Below are positions 45,458 through 54,363 of a DNA stretch of 64,000 nucleotides, piece after piece. Positions within the stretch are counted from its first letter, which is position 1. Each line of letters starts with the position of its first letter. The DNA is from Spartobacteria bacterium. GTDB taxonomy: Bacteria > Verrucomicrobiota > Verrucomicrobiia > Chthoniobacterales > UBA10450. The position numbers were made by a program, and so were the translations under genes. The notes below the pieces were generated by a model. That model was not told the DNA's origin and did not search any database. It saw nothing but the letters and a program-made list of their open reading frames with translations. The stretch lies in the NCBI GenBank assembly GCA_021325495.1, contig JAJPGZ010000012.1:120131-184130 (forward strand). Direction: 5' to 3'.

Positions 45458-47998
45458 ATGATGCAAGATTTCAGGTTTGCGGTGCGCCAATTGGTCAAAG
45501 CGCCGGGATTCACCGCCGTTGCCATTCTTACGCTCGCACTCGCCATTGGAGTGAACTCCGCGATTTTCGCGCTCATCAATAGCGTGGTGCTGCATCCGAT
45601 GGTGCCGGTGCGGCCTAACGAAGTGGTGAACGTTTTCAATTGCCGCCAGAACGCGAACCATGATTACCGCCAGTTTTCCTATAATGAATTTCGCGACCTG
45701 CGCGCAAACAGCGGCGAAGTTTTTGTCGATCTTGCCGCGCTTGAGTTCGCCGTCGCCGGCATCGGGCGCGATCACGAAATGCGACGCAGCTTCGCCTTCA
45801 TCACTTCGGAAAATTATTTTTCGTTGATGGGCGCGCAGCCGTTTCGCGGGCGCTTTTACAACGCCGAAGAATCGAAACCGAACGCGAACATTCCGGTCAT
45901 CGTGGCGAGTTACGGATTTTGGAAACGCCAGGGCGGCCGCGCGGATTTTGTCGGCAGCACCTTGCAGATAAACGGCCAGCCTTACACCGTCATCGGCATT
46001 TCACCGGAAGGATTTTGCGGCGCGAGCGCGTTGATCTCGCCCGACGTCTGGGTGCCGTTCGGAATGCGCGCGCAACTCGGCTCCGCCTTCGGCGATTCGG
46101 AAAACATGCACGACATGAACAATCCGAAAAATTATTGTCTCAACCTCGTCGGCCGCATGCGTTCCGGCCTAACGATCGACAATGCGAAATCGCGTCTGCC
46201 GGTGGTGTCGCAGCGATTCAACGCCATGCAGACCGACGCCGAATTTCAGCGTGAAGTGCAGGTGCAAAAACCGTCGCGCTTCAGTTTGAGCACATCTCCG
46301 GAAGATGACGGTCCGATCGCATTGATCGGCACGCTGCTCATGGCCATGGCGGGCGCGGTTTTGCTCATCGCGTGTTTGAATCTTGCGAACATGCTCCTCG
46401 CGCGCGGCACGGCGCGCTCGAAAGAAATTGCGCTCCGCCTCGCGCTCGGCGCGTCACGCTGGCGCATCGTTAGGCAATTGCTCGCCGAAGGTTTACTGCT
46501 TGCCGTTTGCGGCGGCGTGGTCGGCCTCGTCATGAGTGTGTGGTGCGATAATCTGCTGCTTCACTCGCTCGCCGGATTGCTCAACAACGTGAACTTCTCC
46601 TTCATTGTCGATCTTACACCGGATGTGACGGTGCTCTCGGTCACGTTCGTCTTTTGTTTGCTCGCAACCGTGCTCTTTAGTCTCGGACCGGCGTTGAAAG
46701 CGACCAAGGCCGATCTCGTTAACGATTTGAAACAACAAGTCGGCGAACCGGCGCGCGTCGGACGTTTCAGCCGGTTCTTCGCGCCGCGTCACATTTCGGT
46801 CATGGCGCAGATCGCGCTCTCGCTCATGTTGCTTTTCGCGGCCGGATTATTTTTTCGCGGCGCGATCAAAGCCGCCGGATTGAATCCGGGATTCGTCGCC
46901 GCGGGCGATCTCGTCACGGAAATGGATTTCACTTTGGTGAAAAAAGAACCGGTGGATGCGCGCCGCGAAATTTTCAACCTCATTCAACGCGCGCGCGAAC
47001 TGCCCGGCGTCAAAGCGGTCGGCGTCGGCACCATGTTGCCCTACGGGAATTTCACCAACACACGCCGCGTCATGTCGACAAGATCGACATTGTCGAATGA
47101 TCCGAAAGCAGCCGATCCCGGTGTGACCGCGCTCTGGACCGCGACAACGCCCGGATATTTCGAATCGATCGGCGTAAAGATTCTGCGCGGCCGCGATTTC
47201 ACCCAGGCTGAGGTCGAAGATAAAGACGGCCGTCGCATCGGAATCATCGACGAGGAGCTGGCCAAGAAAATTTTTCCGAACGAAGACGCGGTCGGTCAGC
47301 ATTTGCGTTACACCATTCCGCCGCGCGACGGTTCGCCTAACGACATCGAAATTGTCGGCATCGTAAACACACATCGGCATGATGTGAACAACGACACTCC
47401 GCTGGCCCGATTGTTTGTGCCCTTCGCGCAGGGCTATACCGGCGACGTCTTTTTCCACGTCCGCCTCGGTACGCAAGATCGACAATCCGTCGCCGGCATG
47501 ATCCCGACCGTGCGCACGATGTTGCGCGGCGTCGATCCCGACCTGCCCATCATCGATATGTCGCCCTATGTCGATCTTCTCGATCGCTGCGTCGGATTGT
47601 GGATCGTTAGGCTGGGCGCAACCTTGTTCGGCGCCTTCGGGATGATCGCGCTCCTGCTCGCCGTCGTTGGCGTTTACGGCGTGAAAGCTTACGCGGTCGC
47701 GTGTCGCACTCGCGAAATCGGAATACGCATGGCGCTCGGCGCGCATCGCAAAGATGTTTTCGCATTGATCATGCGTCAGGGCGCGTTGCAAACCGCCTTC
47801 GCGGTTGCCGTGGGAGTTTTGCTTTCGTTAGGCGCCGGCCGCGTGCTCGCCCAGATTCTGTACGGCGTCACGCCGACCGATCCATTCGCGCTCATCACTT
47901 CCAGTCTTCTGCTCGCGGCGGCGGCCTTGCTCGCCTGTTTCCTGCCGGCAAGGCGCGCGACTTACGTGAATCCGATCACGGCGCTGCGCACGGAATGA
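45458..47998 (+). CDS. Duplicated MacB/FtsX-type ABC transporter permease
   Basis: 846 aa. It has two modules, each a MacB-like periplasmic core followed by a 4-TM FtsX domain. Confidence 0.85.
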   Translation: MMQDFRFAVRQLVKAPGFTAVAILTLALAIGVNSAIFALINSVVLHPMVPVRPNEVVNVFNCRQNANHDYRQFSYNEFRDLRANSGEVFVDLAALEFAVAGIGRDHEMRRSFAFITSENYFSLMGAQPFRGRFYNAEESKPNANIPVIVASYGFWKRQGGRADFVGSTLQINGQPYTVIGISPEGFCGASALISPDVWVPFGMRAQLGSAFGDSENMHDMNNPKNYCLNLVGRMRSGLTIDNAKSRLPVVSQRFNAMQTDAEFQREVQVQKPSRFSLSTSPEDDGPIALIGTLLMAMAGAVLLIACLNLANMLLARGTARSKEIALRLALGASRWRIVRQLLAEGLLLAVCGGVVGLVMSVWCDNLLLHSLAGLLNNVNFSFIVDLTPDVTVLSVTFVFCLLATVLFSLGPALKATKADLVNDLKQQVGEPARVGRFSRFFAPRHISVMAQIALSLMLLFAAGLFFRGAIKAAGLNPGFVAAGDLVTEMDFTLVKKEPVDARREIFNLIQRARELPGVKAVGVGTMLPYGNFTNTRRVMSTRSTLSNDPKAADPGVTALWTATTPGYFESIGVKILRGRDFTQAEVEDKDGRRIGIIDEELAKKIFPNEDAVGQHLRYTIPPRDGSPNDIEIVGIVNTHRHDVNNDTPLARLFVPFAQGYTGDVFFHVRLGTQDRQSVAGMIPTVRTMLRGVDPDLPIIDMSPYVDLLDRCVGLWIVRLGATLFGAFGMIALLLAVVGVYGVKAYAVACRTREIGIRMALGAHRKDVFALIMRQGALQTAFAVAVGVLLSLGAGRVLAQILYGVTPTDPFALITSSLLLAAAALLACFLPARRATYVNPITALRTE

Positions 47999-48008
47999 CG
48001 AAAGTTGA

Positions 48009-48092
48009 TGGTGCTCGGGAGGGGACTTGAACCCCTACGCCTTTCGGCATACGCCCCTCAAACGTACGTGTCTGCCATTCCACCACCCGAGC
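48009..48092 (-). tRNA. tRNA-Leu (anticodon GAG), CCA encoded
   Basis: The reverse complement is GCTCGGGTGGTGGAATGGCAGACACGTACGTTTGAGGGGCGTATGCCGAAAGGCGTAGGGGTTCAAGTCCCCTCCCGAGCACCA. It is a class II tRNA with a long variable arm and anticodon loop TTGAGGG. Confidence 0.9.
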
Positions 48093-48174
48093 GAGTGCGC
48101 CGCTTAAAGTAAATTGTCGATCTTGGCCCGCAAGCGCTTTGTCGCGGCACGCCGCGCGCTTAAGTTGCGAGTAG

Positions 48175-48906
48175 ATGTCGATCTTGCGCGACGAGGACTG
48201 GATCAAAGTCGATCTGCACATTCATACGCTGGACGATCCGAAAGACGTCATCGATTACTCCGCGCATCAACTTCTCGAAAAGGCGCAGTCGTTAGGCTTC
48301 GGCGTGCTTGCAATCACTTTGCACGACGCCGTGTTCGATCGCGCCGAAGTTTTCGAAGAGGCGCGGCGAATGGGCATCCTGCTCATTCCGGCGGCGGAGA
48401 TGCGGCTCGAAGGCGCGGACGTGATCATTTTGAATGTGCGGCCGAATGAAATTGTCGATCTTCGCACGTTCGCGGAGCTGCGCGCGCTCCGAGCACGGCG
48501 CGGCGAATCCATTTTCATTTTCGCGCCGCATCCGTTCTACGTCCTCGGCGGCTCGATCGGTCCGCGTTTGATCGACGAGATCGATTGCTTCGACGCGATC
48601 GAGGTTTGTCATTTTCACAAATGGCTTTTCAATCCGAACCGGCGCGCCGCGCGGGTCGCGAGAAGATTTCACAAACCGCTGATTGCGACGTCCGATGCGC
48701 ACCGGCTCTACGCGTTCGGCGAGCATTACACGTCCATGCCGCGGCCGGCAGAATTGACGGTGGAAAATATTTTTCGCGGGCTGCGCACCGGCCCATTACG
48801 CCTAACGAGTCCCCCAGCCTCACTTGTCGATCTTACGAATGCGTTTTACTGGGTCTTCATTAAACATCCGCATCAAGTAAAGCGACGCCGGGTCTTGAAT
48901 TCGTGA
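48175..48906 (+). CDS. PHP-domain phosphoesterase
   Basis: N-terminal VDLHIHTLDD metal-binding motif. 243 aa. The first codons ATG TCG ATC TTG are a copy of the 10-mer. Confidence 0.75.
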   Translation: MSILRDEDWIKVDLHIHTLDDPKDVIDYSAHQLLEKAQSLGFGVLAITLHDAVFDRAEVFEEARRMGILLIPAAEMRLEGADVIILNVRPNEIVDLRTFAELRALRARRGESIFIFAPHPFYVLGGSIGPRLIDEIDCFDAIEVCHFHKWLFNPNRRAARVARRFHKPLIATSDAHRLYAFGEHYTSMPRPAELTVENIFRGLRTGPLRLTSPPASLVDLTNAFYWVFIKHPHQVKRRRVLNS

Positions 48907-49385
48907 GACAACTGCTCATCCTACAGCCGATGAGATTCGTCACCCCTCTGCTGCTCGCGTTCGTCCTCGCCTTGACCGGTTGCCAAACGTCACAGCAAAA
49001 AGCGAAGAAGGAAGCGCTGCAGAAGAAAACGCAAGCGGAGCTGCGGCACGAGGCGGGCGACATGGATTTCGACGCGTTCATCGGCCGCCTCCAGAAAGCG
49101 GTGGCCGCGCACGACGTGAGCTCGATCGCGCAAATGATGACACCAAATTTTGGTTATCAATTGAGTCCGCCGCTCGAAGGCGAAGGCGTGTTCAAGTATT
49201 GGGACGAGCAAAATCTCTGGCCCGAGATCGAGGGAATTCTGGCCGAGAAATTCGTGGCCGGGGACGACGGTTACATGGTTGCGCCGCCGCAATTCGCCGA
49301 CAAATCGTTGCACTACGATGGCTACCGCGCCGGGATTCGCCGCATCAACGGCAGCTGGAAGTTCGCGTATTTCGTCAACGGCTAA
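48903..49385 (+). CDS. Hypothetical lipoprotein
   Basis: Lipobox LALTGC after a hydrophobic leader. 160 aa. Confidence 0.5.
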   Translation: MRQLLILQPMRFVTPLLLAFVLALTGCQTSQQKAKKEALQKKTQAELRHEAGDMDFDAFIGRLQKAVAAHDVSSIAQMMTPNFGYQLSPPLEGEGVFKYWDEQNLWPEIEGILAEKFVAGDDGYMVAPPQFADKSLHYDGYRAGIRRINGSWKFAYFVNG

Positions 49386-49390
49386 CGAAA

Positions 49391-49831
49391 TTGCCTGACG
49401 AAGAAGATGTCGATCTTGGCCTGCCGCATCGGCCGCCATTCGTATTTGTTAAGCGCGTGCTGAAACGCGACCCGGGCGTCGCGGCCGAATGCGAAACATG
49501 GTTCGAGCCTAACGAGCCGATGTTTGCCGGACATTTTCCCGGGAATCCGCTCGTGCCCGGCGTGATCCTGACCGAAGCGCTCGCGCAGACTGCCGGTATC
49601 GCCGCGGCTGATGCAAGATCGACATCGTCGAAGCCAAAGTTTCTGTTGTCCGCTATTCGGCAGATGAAATTTTTTCGCGCGGTCCGCCCTAACGAACGGA
49701 TCAAATTGCGCGCAACCAAAGTCGGCCAAGTGGACGATCTGCTTCAATTCGATGTCGAAGCGACGGTCGATGAAACGGTGGTCGCGCGCGGGCAGCTCGT
49801 GCTCAACGCGCTAAGATCGACATCTACCTAG
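49391..49831 (+). CDS. FabA/FabZ-like hotdog-fold dehydratase
   Basis: HRPPFVFV...FAGHFPGNPLVPGVILTEALAQ. Only the 3-prime part of ORF 48980..49831 is kept, starting at the TTG at 49391. Confidence 0.7.
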   Translation: MPDEEDVDLGLPHRPPFVFVKRVLKRDPGVAAECETWFEPNEPMFAGHFPGNPLVPGVILTEALAQTAGIAAADARSTSSKPKFLLSAIRQMKFFRAVRPNERIKLRATKVGQVDDLLQFDVEATVDETVVARGQLVLNALRSTST

Positions 49832-51659
49832 ATTTTTCGCCTAACGAGCGCGGCGCATTCGGCTCGAGCGCGTCGAGATCGTAGATGGTCCCCCAGTCGC
49901 CCGAGGAAACGATCGGCGCGACCGCTTCCCACGGCCGCGTGCTCGTGCCGTAACTGGATTTTTCCTCGCGTCCCCAAAAGAGATAACGCACTCCGAGCGC
50001 GCGAGCCGATTCCCGCCAATTGGACGCGCCGTTCATGAGATTGCGCAAAGCGCCTTCGACTTTGTTGTATTCAAATCCCTGCGTCCAAAGATGCCCGGGA
50101 TAACCCATGACAACTTTCCGGCCGTTCAGGAGCAACGGATGATTGTAAGTAGGATGACTGGCGAAACGCGCTTCCACCGGTAACACGCTCACGCCCGCGC
50201 CGACGCCATCGACTTCGCCGCGGTTGGCGATGCCAAATCCATCTTTCCCTTCCGCGAGCCCGCCGAAAAGACTAACGAATCCGGAACCAAAGAGCGCGAT
50301 GCAAACGCCCACACGCACCGGCTCCGACCATTGCCGAATCAAATGCGACCACAAAAACGGGAGCACGAGAAAATAAGCCCAGATCATGAGTTTGAGATTG
50401 TCCCACTCCCAGGGCGCGAATTTGAAAAGTATGCCTGCGAGAAAAATCGCAATCGCCGGAAGCAGGAACGCGATTTCTTCCGGGAATTTTTCGCCCGGTT
50501 TGAGCTCCTGTTTCCAAAATCGCGCGATACGAATGCCGACGAGGACGAGCACGAGCGGGAGAAGAATTCCGAAATTGACGAACCAGAAATTGAGGAATGA
50601 CGAGCGACCGAAGGTGTGATCGTTGCGCACCCAGCCGGGATGCCATTGCAGCATGGAACCGGCGTGGAAATTGTCGCTCACGAGCCAGACGAAGAATGTC
50701 GCGGGGATAAATGCGGCGGCGATGAGCACAGCGATGTGACGGCGGACCGCGTTGTCGCCGCCGGCGAAAAGGAAAACGAGAACGCAGGAGAGCGCGAGGA
50801 AGGTGTGGACATGAAAGAGCGGGAGCGTGGCGTAGAGCGCGAGCTCGACCGCGAATGGAAGTGCAGGACGGTCCGAGCCGGACGGGCGATTTTGTCGATC
50901 TTCGTTAGGCCAAAAATATTTTCGCCAATGCCAGAGCAGGAGCAGGCCGACGGGAATGGCGTAAAGCCAGCCGCGTTGCGTCACGAACATGGAAAGCGGA
51001 ATGCTTTTCCAGGCGATGTCCGGTTTGCCCTGGTAATCTTCGAAGGCAAACGTGCGCAGTAATTGGAAACCGACGACGCCGCCGTTGAAAAGAAATCCGG
51101 CGATGACGAATTCGCCGCCCCAACGCCAGAGCGCGTAGAACGTGGCTAACGAACCGAGTAGCCCGACCCAGACGAGGCTTTGCGCAAGATCGACATGTAA
51201 CAATACGAGGAGCGCGTTGAAGAGATCGACGCCGGCCGGATAACGCATCTTGCTCGCGATGTAGATGGGATTATCGGGCCAGAGATGAACGCCGTTCGCG
51301 AAATTTTTGATGTAAGTGATGTGCAGCGCAAGATCGCCGAGGTTGTTAGGCGATTGAATTTTCCATTCGCCACCCTCCATGTAGTAGAGCCAGAGGAACG
51401 AACGAAAAGCGAAGATGGCGAAGACGAAGCCGAGAAAACAAAGCTCGATCCGCGCGTAACGTTCGGGCGCGCCGTTGTCGATCTTGCGCGGAGCCGGCGC
51501 ATCATTCGTCGTTAGGTAAGTGGCGATGGCGGCGAGCAGTCCGAAGATGATGGCGAATCCGGCAATGAGCGGCTGCAATCCCCCGCCCGCCATGCCGACA
51601 AGCAAACCGCAAACGGTGGCGGCGTTAACGAAGATCAATCCCGCGGCTAATGCGCGCAT
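49824..51659 (-). CDS. Large polytopic membrane protein (possible GT-C-type glycosyltransferase)
   Basis: 611 aa with more than 12 TM helices and a soluble C-terminal domain. It lies next to another GT39-like gene and rfbB/rfbD. Confidence 0.6.
   Translation of the reverse strand: MRALAAGLIFVNAATVCGLLVGMAGGGLQPLIAGFAIIFGLLAAIATYLTTNDAPAPRKIDNGAPERYARIELCFLGFVFAIFAFRSFLWLYYMEGGEWKIQSPNNLGDLALHITYIKNFANGVHLWPDNPIYIASKMRYPAGVDLFNALLVLLHVDLAQSLVWVGLLGSLATFYALWRWGGEFVIAGFLFNGGVVGFQLLRTFAFEDYQGKPDIAWKSIPLSMFVTQRGWLYAIPVGLLLLWHWRKYFWPNEDRQNRPSGSDRPALPFAVELALYATLPLFHVHTFLALSCVLVFLFAGGDNAVRRHIAVLIAAAFIPATFFVWLVSDNFHAGSMLQWHPGWVRNDHTFGRSSFLNFWFVNFGILLPLVLVLVGIRIARFWKQELKPGEKFPEEIAFLLPAIAIFLAGILFKFAPWEWDNLKLMIWAYFLVLPFLWSHLIRQWSEPVRVGVCIALFGSGFVSLFGGLAEGKDGFGIANRGEVDGVGAGVSVLPVEARFASHPTYNHPLLLNGRKVVMGYPGHLWTQGFEYNKVEGALRNLMNGASNWRESARALGVRYLFWGREEKSSYGTSTRPWEAVAPIVSSGDWGTIYDLDALEPNAPRSLGEKSR
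50893..50909. repeat. Composite of both words: TGTCGATCT-T-CGTTAGG
   Basis: Word A (50893-50902) and word B (50902-50909) share one T. The same arrangement, with TCGTTAGT, occurs at 13273-13289. Confidence 0.85.
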
Positions 51660-51754
51660 GAGGTGGATCGGCCGCTCCGCGGACGATGACGAAATGTTTG
51701 CGGCCCTCGGCCGCCCGTTATTGACATCGAGCGACGGAGCGCTCGATCCACCTC
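51660..51754. other. 95-nt intergenic element bounded by an 18/20 inverted repeat
   Basis: GAGGTGGATCGGCCGCTCCG (51660-51679) pairs with CGGAGCGCTCGATCCACCTC (51735-51754). An inner hairpin GCGGCC-CTC-GGCCGC lies at 51700-51714. The element fills the gap between two co-directional minus-strand genes and abuts the ATG at 51659. Confidence 0.7.
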
Positions 51755-51755
51755 G

Positions 51756-53243
51756 TTATTCATGCGTGCGTTGACCGCCAACGAAATCCGGTTGTCGACC
51801 GGGGAAGAATTCGGCGAAACGTTTGGCGTTTAAGTAAAGCTTCGACGTGTCCTGATAGGCGCGGATGCGCAGCGGCGCGGTGAAATAGGATTCGGTCAAC
51901 TTCGCTTCCACCTTGTCGATCTTGTCCTCCTGCACGAGAAGAAAATCGGCATCGACTTTTGCGGGAAGGTTTTCGTGCTCGTAATAACCGACGTTCGGAA
52001 AATCGCCGAGCATCCAGGGCAACGGATACGAACTTTGCCTAACGAGATGGCCAACGAGGTGATAATTGATCGGGTTGCGCTTCGCCAGCGTGAGCAGCGG
52101 CTCGGTCAGTTTCCAAACGTCGTTGTAAGTTTGCACGTAAACGTACGGTTCGGTGTCAGTGGTGCAGCGGAAATAATTCAGCCGAATCGAAGCGATGAAC
52201 GACGCGACGAGGAGGGCGCTGAGCGCGAGATTTGCCAGCCGCTTGTTAGGCACAAGAAACGGGACCGCGCCGAAAAGAAAAAGAAACGGCCAGACGATAC
52301 TGATGATGCACCACGGCGTCTTGTAATGGACGTAGCTGTAAACCGCGAGGGTGCCGACGCCGTAGATGGCGAGATAACGAAGGCTAAAATTTTTGAGTTG
52401 CTGACAGAAAACGCAGGCGATGAGTCCGAGCAGCACCGGCCATTCGTAGCGCGCAATGAGTTTAAGCCAGTAGTGCCACGGCTTGTCGTGGCCGTGACCT
52501 TCGCTGCCGGTTTCGAACCATGGTTTGTAAGCCATGAATATGTCTTTCACGCCGTTCCAGTGAAAGAACGTGCCGGAATAGAAAAACACGATGAGCGCGA
52601 CGCCGACGAAAGTGATTACGGCAAGATCGACATAGTCCCATTTTTGTTTCACCCATTTCGCGTCGGGCAAGGGATTGAGCTTCGCCGAAAGTTGCAGAAC
52701 CGGAATTGCGATGAGCGCGCAACCGATGTGAATGATGTAGGTCTCTTTCGTTAGGATCATTCCGGCCACGCCCATCCCGACGCACCAGAGATAATTCACG
52801 GTCCCAACCCGCCAGAGTCCGAACAAACCGAACACGAACAACATCGAGAACATCAAGAGCCACGCTTCGTGAATGGAATAGCGCCCGTAGAAAACGAACG
52901 CGGGCGAGACGGCCATGGCGAGCGCGGCCAGACGAGCGACGTTGCGACTAACGAACGGCTCGAATTTGAGGGCGAGCCAGATGCAGATCGTGCTCACGAT
53001 CACGACCGGCATGCGCAGGGCCCAGATATTTCGGCCGAAGAGACATTTGAAAAGGAAGAGCACGTAGAAGTGGAGAGGCCCGTGATAATTCGTCGGGTCG
53101 TAGCGATAGAAGCCCTGCTTCACGATGTGCGCGTCGACGAACCAGCCGTTGATGCCTTCGTCGAAGTGCGGCGGTTTGATTCCGAGAAATAAAATCCGCA
53201 AAAGCGCGCCGAGGCCGACGATCAACCACGGCGTCCAATCCAT
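51756..53243 (-). CDS. GT39-like membrane glycosyltransferase
   Basis: ORF trimmed to the ATG at 53243 (MDWTPWLIVGLGALLRILFLG). It has a PPHFDEGING loop and many TM helices. Confidence 0.75.
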   Translation of the reverse strand: MDWTPWLIVGLGALLRILFLGIKPPHFDEGINGWFVDAHIVKQGFYRYDPTNYHGPLHFYVLFLFKCLFGRNIWALRMPVVIVSTICIWLALKFEPFVSRNVARLAALAMAVSPAFVFYGRYSIHEAWLLMFSMLFVFGLFGLWRVGTVNYLWCVGMGVAGMILTKETYIIHIGCALIAIPVLQLSAKLNPLPDAKWVKQKWDYVDLAVITFVGVALIVFFYSGTFFHWNGVKDIFMAYKPWFETGSEGHGHDKPWHYWLKLIARYEWPVLLGLIACVFCQQLKNFSLRYLAIYGVGTLAVYSYVHYKTPWCIISIVWPFLFLFGAVPFLVPNKRLANLALSALLVASFIASIRLNYFRCTTDTEPYVYVQTYNDVWKLTEPLLTLAKRNPINYHLVGHLVRQSSYPLPWMLGDFPNVGYYEHENLPAKVDADFLLVQEDKIDKVEAKLTESYFTAPLRIRAYQDTSKLYLNAKRFAEFFPGRQPDFVGGQRTHE

Positions 53244-53334
53244 TTGCGCGAACGTCGTTTTGTAATTGTCGATCTTCGCGCGCAGCATCGGAAAATCCGC
53301 TAGCGCGCCCGCGACGCCGCTGTTATCTGGCGTC

Positions 53335-54324
53335 GTGCGACTATTGGTGACCGGCGGCTGCGGATTCATCGGGAGCAACTTTATTCGCTACGTTCTGCAA
53401 CATTACAAGCCGGCGCTCGTGACCAATGTGGATGTATTAACTTACGCCGGGAATCCCGCGAACCTCGCGGGCGTGGTCGAGGAATTTGGCGAACGTTACG
53501 AATTTTTCAAAGCCGACATCGCGAATGCCGACGCGATGGACGCGCTCATGACCGAGCACCAATTCTACGCCGTCATCAATTTCGCGGCGGAATCGCATGT
53601 CGATCGAAGCATCAACGATCCGGCGAATTTCATTCACACGAATGTAATCGGCACGAGTGTGCTGCTGGATGGCGCGCGGCGACATGGCGTGCAGGGATTC
53701 GTCCAGATTTCGACGGATGAAGTTTACGGTTCGTTAGGCGAAACCGGGAAGTTTACCGAGCAATCGCCGCTCGAACCGAGCTCGCCCTACTCCTCGAGCA
53801 AGGCGGGCGCCGATCTGCTCGCGCTCGCATGTCACAAAACTTACGGACAGGAAGTGATCGTGACGCGCTGCTCGAACAACTACGGACCGTATCAATTTCC
53901 CGAAAAACTCATTCCACTCATGATCATCAAAGCGCTGCGCGACGAGCCGCTGCCGGTTTATGGCGATGGAAAGAATGTGCGCGATTGGATTCATGTCGAA
54001 GATCATTGCGCGGGAGTGGTGGCGGCATTGTTCGAAGGCAAACCGGGCGCCACCTACAATTTCGGCGGCGGCAACGAAATGGTGAATGTCGATCTTGTGA
54101 AGATGATTTTGAAACAGTTAGGCAAACCGGAAAGTCTCATTTCATTTGTGGAAGATCGCCTTGGTCACGACCGCCGCTACGCCATCGATTCCAGTTTCGC
54201 CCAGCGCGAATTGAACTGGAAACCGCGCAAAGATTTTCAAAGCGGGCTGGCCGAAACGATTCAGTGGTACATCGACAATCAATCGTGGTGGCAGCCGCTG
54301 CTCGAGCGCGCGGGCCGGTATTAA
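53335..54324 (+). CDS. rfbB: dTDP-glucose 4,6-dehydratase
   Basis: GTG start at 53335 (MRLLVTGGCGFIGSNF). YSSSKAGADL catalytic motif. Confidence 0.9.
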   Translation: MRLLVTGGCGFIGSNFIRYVLQHYKPALVTNVDVLTYAGNPANLAGVVEEFGERYEFFKADIANADAMDALMTEHQFYAVINFAAESHVDRSINDPANFIHTNVIGTSVLLDGARRHGVQGFVQISTDEVYGSLGETGKFTEQSPLEPSSPYSSSKAGADLLALACHKTYGQEVIVTRCSNNYGPYQFPEKLIPLMIIKALRDEPLPVYGDGKNVRDWIHVEDHCAGVVAALFEGKPGATYNFGGGNEMVNVDLVKMILKQLGKPESLISFVEDRLGHDRRYAIDSSFAQRELNWKPRKDFQSGLAETIQWYIDNQSWWQPLLERAGRY

Positions 54325-54363
54325 TGCTGTTCCGTATTTTCGGTTAATTGTATCCTGTGCCTC

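Noticed and set aside
48980-49831. The 283-aa ORF as one protein
   Set aside because: The first ~410 nt overlaps the lipoprotein gene out of frame. Only the FabA/FabZ-like part from the TTG at 49391 has family motifs.
48175-53378. Many track ORFs beginning MSIL.../MSIF... or containing KIDN (for example 200..430, 899..1156, 5509..5697, 14744..15001, 17126..17326, 45328..45582, 48114..48449, 53266 start)
   Set aside because: These starts are created by ATGTCGATCTT copies of the dispersed word. The ORFs overlap much better-supported genes on the same or the opposite strand. The exception is the PHP gene at 48175, which I keep.
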